NCBI RefSeq assembly: GCF_000150275.1
Contig: NW_002060947.1
Location: 7,797,880-7,861,879, forward strand
DNA: 64,000 bases
Source of the DNA: Trichoplax adhaerens
Lineage: Eukaryota > Animalia > Placozoa
Direction of reading: 5' to 3'
Positions 10,707 to 23,800 of this stretch are shown here, piece after piece. A program made the position numbers and the translations under genes. The notes beneath the pieces were generated by a model, which saw only the letters and a program-made list of their open reading frames with translations, made no database searches and had not been told where the DNA came from. How positions within the stretch are numbered: position 1 is the stretch's first letter; the number at the start of each line of letters is the position of its first letter.

Positions 10707-13700
10707 ATGGCCGACTCGGAGCAATTTAGTTTTCCATCAGAGGAGAAAAAAGTTTTAAGTTTCTGGAAGCAAATTGATGCTTTTCAGTCTTGTTTAAGAC
10801 AATCCAAGGATAAACCAAGGTGAAATAGCAATTGGATTAGGATATTGATTGTATGACTGTATTCGATGAGTCATAGATAGTGGATTACATGTTTTCATCA
10901 AATGATTCCTTTGTTCGATGGTAGAAGTACAACTTGAGTCGTTTCTAAAATTGTATTTAGGTACACGTTTTATGATGGACCACCATTTGCTACTGGCCTA
11001 CCTCATTATGGTCATATCTTAGCCGGAACCATTAAGGTGAGCAGATAGTACGCATGCAGTACTATAGATTTTGCCTAGTTTTACATTCAGCAGTATTTTT
11101 CCAGCTAAATAAAGCTTTTGTTGTCAACGTCAGATGACAGAAGATGCAGTCAATACTTTCGATATCACTATCATGGCCTACACGTTGATTTGATACGAGT
11201 ATGATAACGTTATCATAAATGTGTACTAATAGAATGCTTTACATTCGCTTTGATCTTATAGTAGTATCGTGTAATAGTAGACAGCATTACAATATAAAAT
11301 GGTCAAATAGATTAGAGATAGAGAAATAAATTAGTCTATATTCAATAGCAGTAACAATCAACTGCAATTTAGAATGATATCTAAATCAATTAGGATATTG
11401 TTACGAGATACGCTCATCAAAGTGGCTTCCATGTCATACGAAGATTTGGTTGGGATTGTCATGGTTTGCCAATTGTAAGTCATTGAAATCAACTATCCTG
11501 AAGAATAACTCACAATGTTGAATCAATTAATCCTAACTGATGGGTATAGAATTTGCATTCAATAACCAATTTTTCTATATTGATCCATTGATACTTAGGA
11601 ATACGAAATAGATAAACAGCTTGGAATCAAGGTTAGAAATGAAATGAGAGATACTAGCGAAAATTATCGACTATGAGTAGTAATTACATAAAGCAGTATA
11701 CCGTAGTCAAAACTAACAGTGATAACATTTTCAGGGGCCGGATGATGTTGCAAAAATGGGCATTAAAGCTTACAATGATGAGTGTCGTAAAATTGTCATG
11801 AGATATTCTAGCGAATGGCAGGTAATTATTGCATCTATCTCATAAATAAATATATATCAGTGATAACGAATAAATGAGAGTTGATTGTCTTCACTAAATG
11901 TTTGTAGTAGTAACTCGTATAGTGTACATCGATATATATATGAGTATATCAGTTAGTTGACATCATGTTTTATGCCTTAAAACGCTATATAGACTATTGT
12001 TACTCGACTTGGTCGTTGGATTGATTTTGACCACGATTATAAGACATTATATCCATGGTATATGGAATCGATATGGTGGGTATTTAAACAGATATATTCG
12101 AAAGGCCTTGTATATCATGGTTACAAGGTTATGCCATTTTCTACGGCTTGTAATACTCCATTATCCAATTTTGAGTCCGGACAAAATTACAAAGATGTGA
12201 ATGATCCTGCAGGTTTGTTCTAACGGATATCATATTGAAACCATTATAATTATCAAGGAGCAGTGAATTTCCTCCACAGATGTGCTATTCTTACGCTACA
12301 TATATCATTCGAATACAAATGAAACTCACATAATGCATTCTTCCACCATAGTTATTGTCTCGTTCCCTCTTGATGAAGATCCTAATATCAGGATAATTGC
12401 TTGGACAACCACGCCATGGACGTTGCCGAGCAATTTGGCGTTGTGTGTTAACGCAAAATTGGACTACGTGAAAATACGTGATAATGCTACAGAAAATGTA
12501 TACATTATGATGGAAGCAAGATTGGGTACATTATACAAAACCGATAAGGAATATACTATATTAGATAGGTATGTCTATTGTGTTTTGTTTAATATTTTAA
12601 ACTGTACTTGAAGATGCCATGTTATGCATAGTGGTCGTTCACAGCGTGTTGTTAGTCACTTTTTATTTTGTTCTCTGATCAAGGTTCACTGGAGATGCCC
12701 TGCAAGGTAAAACCTATAAGCCGCTATTCCCTTACTTCGAATCGGTAATTACAATTTTTTATTATCATAGCAATAGGTTGGTAGAACGTTTAAAACCGTC
12801 ATAAATTGTTAATGCCAAAGTATATTATAATTTGATTTATTGTGTCATTATTCAGATGAAAGAACAGGGCGCTTTTGTCATATATTGCGATGATTATGTT
12901 ACTGACGATAGCGGAACTGGAGTTGTTCATCAAGCTCCATTCTTTGGCGAGGTTAGAATAATGATGCATATCTTAATTGCGAAACAATTTCTAATTTTTA
13001 TCTATCAACGTTACTTAATTACATTAAATCTTATCCTCACAGGACGATTATCGAGCAGCGATGAATTTTGGCGTTATCAAGAAAGGTGGTAAAGTTGTTT
13101 GCCCCGTTGATCCTAGCGGAAAATTTACTGATGAAGTACCAGATTTTCAAGGATTACATGTTAAGGTATTAGATATTAACCTAAGAAAGATAAACTGAAT
13201 GGAAGTTTTTGCATAACAGAACACACATCATAAGTAGCTTTTACTTGTATCTTGACAGGATGCTGATAAATTGATAATCAAAAAGCTAAAAGAGCTTGGT
13301 CGCTTAGTTCACCAGAGTGTTTGTAAGCATAGTTATCCCTTCTGCTGGAGGTCAGTGGACATCGCTTTTTTAGGACTATTTGTCAAGACAAGCAATCATT
13401 TTCTTCCGTTGACATTTGTCAATTCTGTAACGCATTTTATATCTAATACTACCAATAGGTCTGATACACCGCTGATTTATAAAGCTGTACCAAGTTGGTT
13501 TATTAGAGTCGAAGATATTATTGATGGTTTATTGAAAAACAATGCTAAATGTTATTGGTATGGGTATAAACTGTTGCTGTTTTGGTTACAAACAGTTGGT
13601 CGCTATTTAGTCTCAAACGTATTGAAACAATAAAGGGATAATACTAATTATAGAACGGATCACATATTTACATTATAGGGTACCAGAATTTGTGAAAGAA

Positions 13701-16700
13701 AAGAGATTCTATAATTGGCTTAAAGGTGCGTGTGACTGGAATTTTTCTCGTAATCGTTATTGGGGAACGCCGATTCCATTATGGGTCAGTGAAGATATGC
13801 AAGAGGTAGGCGATATCATGACACTTCCACAATTGATCTTTTTTCGACATTACTTTTACCGGGGATTTCCTTTAGCATCAGCTACAATTTATTACATACT
13901 TTTTTATTAGGTCGTTTGTGTGGGGTCTATCGACGAATTAGAAAAGCTTTCTGGTGTCCGCCTTACAGACTTGCATAGAGAAAAGTTAGTTATTTTGATC
14001 ATTTATACTAATAGTATTAGCATTAATTTTACTTAATTGATCACTTTATCATCTAGCGTTGATAAGGTCACCATACCTTCTAAAACCGGTAAAGGTGTCT
14101 TACGACGGATTACTGAAGTATTCGATTGTTGGTTTGAAAGTGGAAGGTAAGATATTCTTTCATTTACTACCGGTATTAATCACTGTTTCTTATGATATTT
14201 ATTTTTATATATATATGTATACTAATCGTTTATTAAAATTACCTATTCAGTATGCCATACGCTCAAAATCACTATCCTTTCGAAAATAAAGAGGACTTTG
14301 AATCTTGCTTTCCTGCTGATTTTATCGCTGAAGGAATTGATCAGACTCGGGGCTGGTTTGTTATTAAATTACGTTTGAAATATGATTCTCTTACTTGAGG
14401 TCAGATTAACAATTTCTGCTATAATTTAGGTTTTATACATTGCTCGTCATATCGGTTGCTATGTTTGATAAGCCGCCTTACAAAAACTTGATTGTCAACG
14501 GGCTTGTTCTCGCTGCGTATGTATATATATTACATTAAAAACATTCGATTTGATTTTGTAATTTTATTTCGCTGTTATTGGATTCATATAGATCCTAACT
14601 GTCTTGTTATAATCGATTTAGGGATGGCCGTAAAATGAGCAAACGGCTAAAGAATTATCCCAATCCTGAAATAATTGTGTCTAATTATGGAGCTGACGCA
14701 TTACGGTTATTGATACTTTCATGTGTTGAAATAGTATTCTCTTTCGTCGTAAATTAACCAATTTTCCTTTAATGATCTTATTGTAGCCTGTACCTGATTA
14801 ATTCTCCAGTTGTAAGAGGAGAAACACTTAAATTTCAAGAACGTGGTGTCAAAGATATTATCAAGGATGTTTTCTTGCCTTGGTTAAATGCATTTAGATT
14901 CTTAAGTCAAAACATTAAGCAGTGGGAACAAGTATGTCAACTTGTCAAAATAACACGTATAGATTCAATGCATATGGATTTGAAAATGATATATCAAAAT
15001 TTGATACATACGTAAATAATGCTGTCAATAAATTGACATACATACTTCATATTGTTTGACTTGTTAAGACCAACGGTGGCAAGTTTGTATTCAATGAAAA
15101 TACATTCAGTGGTTCGGAAAATTCGAAAGATAAATGGATATTATCTTTCACACAATCCTTAAATCAATTTGTTCGAAAAGAAATGGAAGGTAACTTTTAA
15201 AACATGTTAACGGCATGACCTTATTAATTATACGGATGGCTAAATGATCGTTGTTATGTTATATCAAAGCATATAGGCTTTATACTGTTATACCGCGTTT
15301 GGTAAGATATTTTGATCAATTAACAAACTGGTACATCCGATTCAACCGAAAGAGAATCAAGGTAAGCCAAATTGTATTATACTTGGGTATTTGTCGTTGA
15401 TGATAGTATGCAACCTGTAAATTAAATTTTTATCAGGGTGAGGCCGACCAAAGCAGCTGTCATTCCGCTCTCCAGACTTTGTATTCAGTTATTTATACCA
15501 TCAACAGATTAATGGTAAGATTCCAATGTATAAGCATGAATCGAATTGATAGCGTTATTCTGAAATATTGTCATTAACCTGCAGGCATCCTTTACTCCCT
15601 TTTTTACCGAACACATACATCAAAATATGAGGCAATGGCTTGCCGTTGAGTCCATAAAGGATATCAACACCGATTCTGTTCACTTTTTAATGATACCTCA
15701 AGTCAAAGAAAGTCTCATCGATCATGAAATTGAAAGATCCGTTGCTAGGATGCAGGCTGTAATTGAATTGGGTCGTGTCATTCGCGATAGAAAGGCTCTA
15801 CCGATAAAAGTATATCAGCGATTATTTATTTTGCTTTTAAAATTACTGAAATAGGATTGATTTGAGATTGGAAGTTAATCATACCTTTTATTTTCGTAGT
15901 ACCCTTTGCCGGAGTTAATTGTTATACATAAAGAAAAACAGTACTTGAACGACGTTCTGTCCCTCCAAGATTATATTCTCGAGGTTGACTTCTTTACCTA
16001 GTTTATTGATGTGTATTTTTAAGTATGACTGTTACGCTAACGAGACTGATGATAAAATGTGACAGGAACTGAATGTGAGGGACTTGGTGTTGTCTTCGGA
16101 GAAAGAAAAATATGGTATCCGACTCCGTGCTGAACCTGATAATCAACTTCTTGGTAAAAGATTAAAAGGGTCCTTTAAAACAGTGTCAGCAGCTATAAAA
16201 GGTTAGCTTAACTTGACCTGTTGCTGATATTTTACTATTTTATTAGTATTATAGAGACATGGCGAGTAATTTTCTGTTTGAATAATATAGAGTTAAAAGA
16301 CCATGACATTGCTGAGTTACAAGAGAAAGGCGAATTGGTTGTTAATGGACATACTGTTACCATTGATGAGATTAAGGTATTATCCTGTACTATGCAATTT
16401 TGTTATTATTTTACAAATATCACTTGTTATAGCTGATATTACCGTAATCGACATGCTTGCGTTATTAGATCGCGTATACCGTAGACAAGGAGCACAAGAT
16501 AGATGAGACAGCGTATGAGGCCCATTCAGATAATGATGTAAGGGTTACAAATATTAAGTTATACGTATTTTCCTTTGTGACTGAATTATGATCCTCATTA
16601 GGTCCTAGTGTTGATCAATGTTACACCAGATGAAACAATGTTAAACGAAGGTTTTGCTAGAGAAGTTGTAAATCGTATCCAAAAGCTTAGAAAAAAGGTG

Positions 16701-17094
16701 ATCGCTTTCTTCTAAATTCTTGTTTCTCGATATCTGTATATTGACAATAATGCTGAAATATGATAACCATAACAGGCTGGATTACAACCTTCAAATGACG
16801 TAACAGTGTTTTATGAAACACCAAAGTCCAATGAAGAAAACCAAAGCTTCTTAAAAGTCATTACTGAATACAAAAATTATATTGAAAATGCCATCAAACA
16901 GCCTGTAACACATGGCTTTGCTCGATCTGATGATAATATAATAATTCAGGATACTGAAGTCAAGGTATGAATGGATGAAAGGAATGCTAATGGTTTCCAG
17001 TTGTATGTGTTGTAAACTAACCATTTTGATTTTATTTACGTAGATAAAGAATTATACCATTCAATTACAAGTTGTTAAAGGTCATACGAATTAA
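10707..17094 (+). CDS. IARS1: Cytoplasmic isoleucyl-tRNA synthetase (class Ia), 30 coding exons, ~1078 aa
   Basis: Hand-spliced, phase-consistent GT-AG exons: 10707-10819, 10961-11036, 11394-11474, 11599-11631, 11735-11821, 11993-12212, 12352-12568, 12684-12744, 12856-12951, 13043-13165, 13259-13350, 13459-13557, 13679-13805, 13911-13984, 14057-14146, 14251-14355, 14430-14516, 14622-14705, 14787-14931, 15069-15189, 15270-15361, 15437-15514, 15585-15809, 15900-15983, 16066-16201, 16291-16376, 16469-16537, 16602-16697, 16776-16964, 17044-17094. Motifs: [16 protein letters not shown] (HIGH), [19 protein letters not shown] (editing domain), [38 protein letters not shown] (KMSKS). Confidence 0.98.
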
Positions 17095-17886
17095 TCTACG
17101 TATCATGTACTCGAAGAACGTTGATTGTCCTGGCGTTTAAACAGTATTAACATTTAATTAATTGTTAGCAGTATCATTTTTCCTGTACCACTGTATACTT
17201 TTGTTTTATCTATATTTCACAACTGATAATGGCAATTTCTTCTTATTTGAAAATAGCTATTCTATTTTTTTGTGGCTTTGATGGCACAGGAATCAATCTA
17301 TAAACTTACTAAAATGATTTATTACTATCATGGTGATAATACAATGCGTTTTATATTTGCTCCAGCTCTCGGAAATACTACCCGTAACTCACGTTGTAAT
17401 CGTTTAGTTTACTTGTTAGAGATGATGATGTAGTTGTATTATTATGATATAATTATGAAATTTGATTATAGGGAATTGATGAAAGGGAGATAGATTTTCA
17501 TCTTATTGAAATCGTAATTTAGGCCAATAAAATATGATTACTATATTACATGCTGGTTAGCTGATTATTGATCAATTATATTATCGTCCTATAATCTTTA
17601 TTACGCGTAACAAATCAGATTACAGAATCATTTTCGAATTAGGTTGTGATTTGTATTTATTGAAAACTGAAGGTCAGTTAAAATTTTACAGTACATTTTT
17701 AAAGAGCTGGAATCAAAATGATACAAAACAAGGATAACTTTATTCCTAGCTTATAGCAAAAAAGTAATTATTTAATATTTGCTCGCAGTACATTTGTCAT
17801 TTTCAAAATTAATTTCTTCATGAAAGCAAATAGTTTGCAATTAAAGGTACTTTCGAAATTGATCGGTCATTTGACGTAGGATGCTT

Positions 17887-20800
17887 TTATTCAGGCAGTG
17901 GGAATTCAGGTGCATCTTCCAAGGCGGATAAATCAGTATCTATACTTTGTCTTAATATTAGCATAGCTACCGTATGCAAGTTATTAACTGTCCTTCGAAC
18001 TTCACGCAGATTTTGGATAGCCTAAAAATACAAATTTGATAAATCTTAGTGACTACTATCTGAATTGTCATGATTAACTATTAGCCAATGGCCATTGCTA
18101 CAACTAAACTAGGAACATTTTGAGCTCGTAATCCTAGTATAATGAATAGTTATTGCTAGGTTCTTGGGGAAATATTAATTTAAAACATCAGATATGTATG
18201 TATTGGCTATTTATTTTATCTTCTAGATACATATCGTAATAAATTATGTAGAGTTTTGTAATGAACTATAAGGAGACCGTTTATTTTATTTACGTTATAT
18301 GTTGTTATGGCCAATAACAAACATGGTAACTAACATGATTCTAATAATGCCGTACAGCAATTAAGCTGCCATAGTATTTAATTTTCTGATATATGTGAAC
18401 ATGCATTAGGCGCTATATGTGCAAAACTATCTCCAGAGGCTTCAATAGAAATTTTATAAAAACTGGCATTACCGATTTTATAACAAACCGGCAAAAATTA
18501 TCCCTATTAATATCAAATTCTCCGTATCTTCGACAACTTACATGGTTATCTAGGGAATTCACCAACTGATTATAATTACTTTGTAGATCAGGCAAATGAT
18601 GCAATGAAGCAGGATCAATTTTTACTAAATGCTGTATTGTATGGATATATTGGTACAGTTTAATACCATATTGCTTAAGGTTATCCATATCTTTCGTAAT
18701 CTGCAAAAAAAAAATTATAGGAAGAGCATTTTAGTCTCGAATGCCCAAAATTCTTATCACCATTGTATGTAAGCAACACATAAATTAACATTAAAATCCT
18801 GTCTAAATTAATTATTATAATTACACAGTCGATTGCAATCAAGAATTTATTGACCTGTCACGCAGCTCTTTATATAAATCAGGAAAAAATGTATTATTAT
18901 AATATGAAATATGTCGAGATTTTATACGTTTTAAGGCATGTGGTATCAAATTGAAATGCTTGGTTTTCTGTTTAGTATTTAATACTCTATTGAAGGCTAA
19001 AAGGATTACGGTACTTTGTAGTTAGTGCTAATGAGAACAGTTAAGAAGCAGCTATTTCCGTTCAGATAGCCATCTAGGGTTAATATTAGCTAGATATCGC
19101 ATGCATCAGTATTATTGTAGACATTGAGATCTTTAAAGTGATGCGAATATGAACATTAATTAAGAATATTTCTTAATTAACAATTATCGCTAACTGCAGG
19201 TTGTACCATGCTAACAAAAAACTATAGGACAATACTAGCTAGATATCTATGCCACTTATTTATATGTCTGTATAATCTAGAAATGTTGGATTTTGGTAAA
19301 TACAAAGAGTCTACAGTAATGTTAAAAGAGGTGTTTGAAAACTAATTGACAATTTTTAATAGGTTTTAAGAGGAAGTACTTATATCTGTCTTGGCAATCA
19401 ATGTAAGCAAGTAACAGCTGTAAAATACTATCAAGTATATGCAGACATTGTTCTACGAACTGCTCGATTTTATAAATTCGTGAACCGGAGGGATTTAAAA
19501 GAAATATGAGTATATTAAGAATCAATTAAGATACTTAACAATTAATTCTATTGGCGAGCTTGTCATTATCATTATCGCCAAAATAATGCATCTGATTAAT
19601 CAATATTAGCTAGACGAGACTATAATACACATTTGGAATTAAGAAATGAATGATCTAGATATTTTATAACGTAAGATCGGGCATATAATACAGACTTTTA
19701 GATTTTGATGAATTTAAAGTCCAAGGTATAAATTTTACATACTGTAGTTACAGTAAAGCGAAAAGTAAATTCTACCTCTTGTCATATTACGGCCATAAAA
19801 TAGATCAAAGTGCTGGTGCATCTGATTAGTCAGTATTAGGCTATTAGCTAGACAAGTCTACAAAGTATACTCTGAATTATATTCATCTAGATATTTTTGT
19901 AAAGTAGGTTCGATCGTGTCTTACGGGCTTTTAGATTTTAGACAATTTAAAAGTCTAAGGTACAATTTTAGCATATTACAGTAATAATAAAGCAAAGATG
20001 AAATTGAATTTACCCTTGCCATATTGCTATATATTACAGTGTATTACATCTTGATTGTGTAATAATAATTTGATACGTACATTTAAGCCATTTAGGCTAT
20101 TCATCCACAATGTTCATGATATGGTTGTGATATATTAATACTGTACTTGTTAAATATAGTAGGTTGCGAATATACAATGATTTCTTCTTACAGTACGTTG
20201 TTACCAATCTTATTTGGTTAAGGCTAAGATGGATTTGATAGCTTCTACATTCTACAATCTGTTCTATACTTAAAAGCTTACTTTGTATAAGTATGGAATT
20301 AATTACTATGTTTAATTACAATTTACACTTCTAAATATTCTTTTGGATATTGCAATATGCAATATTTTACACTGTGAGTGCAGACGGCGCACGTCTAAAA
20401 GCTGCCATATTTTCAATCAATAAATCAATTATTGGTAGTCATTACAATTTACAGAGCTTTGTGTATTCTCAGCTCTTTGCTTCAGTGAATAATTTGGAGT
20501 AACCCGAATCTTATATACGGTTGATTGTATTAGCTCAAGTTAGTTCATACACAACTCATGCTATGACCTTAAAACATACTAAAACGTTAATGTATATGAT
20601 TAATCAAGATTAGGTAGACAAGTCTACAAAGCACATTCTAAATTAATAAATGAATGAAGTAGATATTTTTATAAAACAGGATCGGCCATATCATGCAGGA
20701 TTTTAGATTTTGGTCAATTTCAATATCAAAGGTATAATGTTTTTTGTATACTGCAATAATAAAGCAGGAGCAATTTGAATTAGCCGTCCATACTGTGACT

Positions 20801-23800
20801 TTAATTAAAATATACGTATACGAAAGTGTTTATGTATCTGATTAATCAGTATTAGCTAGGCAAGTCTATAAAGAAATTTCTGAATCATATTAAATTAGAT
20901 ATTTTTATAAAGCAGGATCGGCCGTGTCCGACGAGCATTTAGATTTTTGTAAATTAAAAAATTTAAGATATTATGATCTTTTTTCATACTGTAGCAATAA
21001 TAAACCAGAGAGCAAATTGAATTTGCCTTACCATAATATAACCTTAAAATATATCTACTCGCAAGAGCAAGGGTTCGAAGGTGAAATGCAGACTGTAGCT
21101 AATGAAAAAAATCTAAGCAGCAACTACTATCCTATTTTAAATTATACGTACTTGGGCTTCATCGTAATCAACGTATTCATCAATGAAGAATTTCTTAGCC
21201 TCCTCCTGCTTGAATGGCATCATATGCATCTTTCGTTGTGCTTGTAATTTTAATTCTTCAATTAATTCTTGCTTTTTATTCTGTAACAATTCAATATCAG
21301 GACGATGATCAACACCCTGGTATTTGCTGGATAATTCTAGTGTACTAGCTTTATGATCTTTTTCCGATATATTTGATAGCAGGACATCTTGACTTAATTT
21401 CATAGTAAGTTGAATTTGTTCATTTAACTCGTTCTTTAATCTATAATGGATCTTTTCTTGTTCATCTAATCCATTTTCTAAACGGAAATTTTTTTCCTTA
21501 TACTTATTACATTGCTCCCTTTGCTCATCGGCGGCTTTCTTGAAATATTCCAATTCTTGTAATTTTTTATCAATGCTTTCCATTTCTGACTTGAATTCAA
21601 AGTCGTGATCTTGTCTAATACGTTTAGAATCTTCTAAAGCTGTTTCCAATTCCTGTATTCGGTTGGATTTTGCATCGATAAGTGCCTAAATGATAAAATT
21701 AATTTCTTTCTTCATAGGCTTTCAGCATAGTTTATCGGTATTTACAAACATATAGATTCTAATTTTCATTTGCTATCTACTACGAATCTAAATACGAAAT
21801 GAACATAATCCAATCGATGTAGGTTATTATAAATGAAAATGGATAGTTTTCTTCCATTTATTTTACAGAAACTTTATTAGTTGCTTGGAAATTGCCATTA
21901 CAAGTTCTGAGATATTTTTAGATAAGATTCTGGCCGTTTCTACTTCAAGATCTATTAGAAACTAACCTGAAATTCCTTTATTTTCTGTTGATAGTTTTCC
22001 ATCTCTAAAATTGTTGCTGCTGATTTTTGAATCTCTTGCTTACTGTTATGAATTAAGATATATGTTACATCTTCATTAGAATTTATTTGCTACAGATTCA
22101 TGAAATTCAACAATGTATCAGCTAAACTTCATTAAGATATAATATAAACCGAAAGACTTACTTTTCACCAAAGTGATTGGAATTGGTTTGTTTCATCCGG
22201 GTTAATTCTTCTGTAAGTGCTTGAACTTGAGCTTGTAAACGATTAATGGTGGTTACTTGATTTGAATATTCCTGTTCTATCTTTTCCTTTTCAGCAGTAA
22301 TGGATTTAACATTTGCCAATTTCTGTCACATTAGAAATTACGTTTAAAATTTAAAATGGAATAAACGAATTGGATTTAGCAAGTACAGGAGAAAATGTGT
22401 TAAATATAAATAGCAAAGATTTTTCGAATATGATGCAAATCGTATATAAAACTGGCATTTATGGCTTATTCACAGAAGCGGTAATATTATTATTTCTTAA
22501 GCATATTTTGATCAACAAGATTCTCCTTAAATACTTATCTAGATCAAAAAGATGTGGAAAATGAATTCACTATGGACTGGATTAAAGAAGAATTAAATTT
22601 GGGGTATTTCTGCTAACCTCCTTAATCGTTGATTCTAATTTAATAATTTCTTCGTCCTTTTCTTTCACCGTCATTTGCAAATGGTTTAACCGATATTGCA
22701 CATTCAATTCTTCCGACTATTTGTGAATAGATGGTGTTGTATAGGAGAAAACGAAATTTTATTACTTTTTAATTATCTGATTCTATGATTCATAGGAGAA
22801 ATGCCTACTCCATTTACCGCTTTCTCAGGGCTAAAGGAAGGAGATGTATTCTCAACTAGGATAGGTTGTGGCTGTTGTACTTGATTTTCCTTTTCTATAA
22901 CTTTGATCTTTGCTTGAACGGCTTCCAACTACAGAAAGATGATCAGAAAAAGATTGTACAAACTTTAATTAATAGAGAAATTGATCAAGAAACATAATAA
23001 AAGCACTAGATGAATAATAAATATGTCAAGATCAATGATTTAACTACTTTACAGGTAGAATAGGAATATCGAAAAATGGATAGGTGTAGAATCATTATAC
23101 AATCTGCAGCGATGGCTGATGTTGATGCTACTAAATTGAGTAGCATTATTACAAAACTAATCCATATTAAAGGATAGCAGAAACTAATATCCAGATAGCG
23201 CTGTCATATAGCAACTTACATCTGCTTGGAGTAAGGAATTTTCTTCCTTTTTCGATTTAATACTCTCTTGTAGAACTGTAATGTGCTGAGACAAGTTGGA
23301 TTCTCGTACTGATAGCATTTCCAATTTAGCTTCTGCGCTTTGTAGAGCCGCTTGCTTTTGATTCAATTCTGCACGAGCTGCTTCCAGCTATAGTGATAAA
23401 TGGAAAAATTATTAATTATAATTATTTAATTGGATTATGATTCTGAAAATGATTTTACAATTCTATTTCAATCTGCCCAAAAAGCTGGACAACTGCAAAT
23501 ACCAGATTCTCGGTTAAAACTTATAAGGAGATGATATAGTCGAGATATTTTAACTTGATTTACCTTAGCTTTCATAAACTTTGAATGGCTTTTAAAAATT
23601 TCAACCTGCTTTTTATCATCACTAGGATCATCTGACATATTGCTAGATTGGCTCTAGAAATAGGTAGTCAAGAGCGGTGGAATAAGTTGATTATCAATCT
23701 AACTAATGTCATGATCAACTACTAATGCGACAGAAGAAATTTTTCTGTACATGAACTGTTTCTACGTATAGAATTAGTTCAGAAAAAGTATAGAAGACAT

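Noticed and set aside
19322-19525. - strand ORF in ERC intron 11 as a possible alternative exon
   Set aside because: No AG acceptor at a suitable position. The flanking exons (21152 and 18700) already join in phase and give a family-like sequence.
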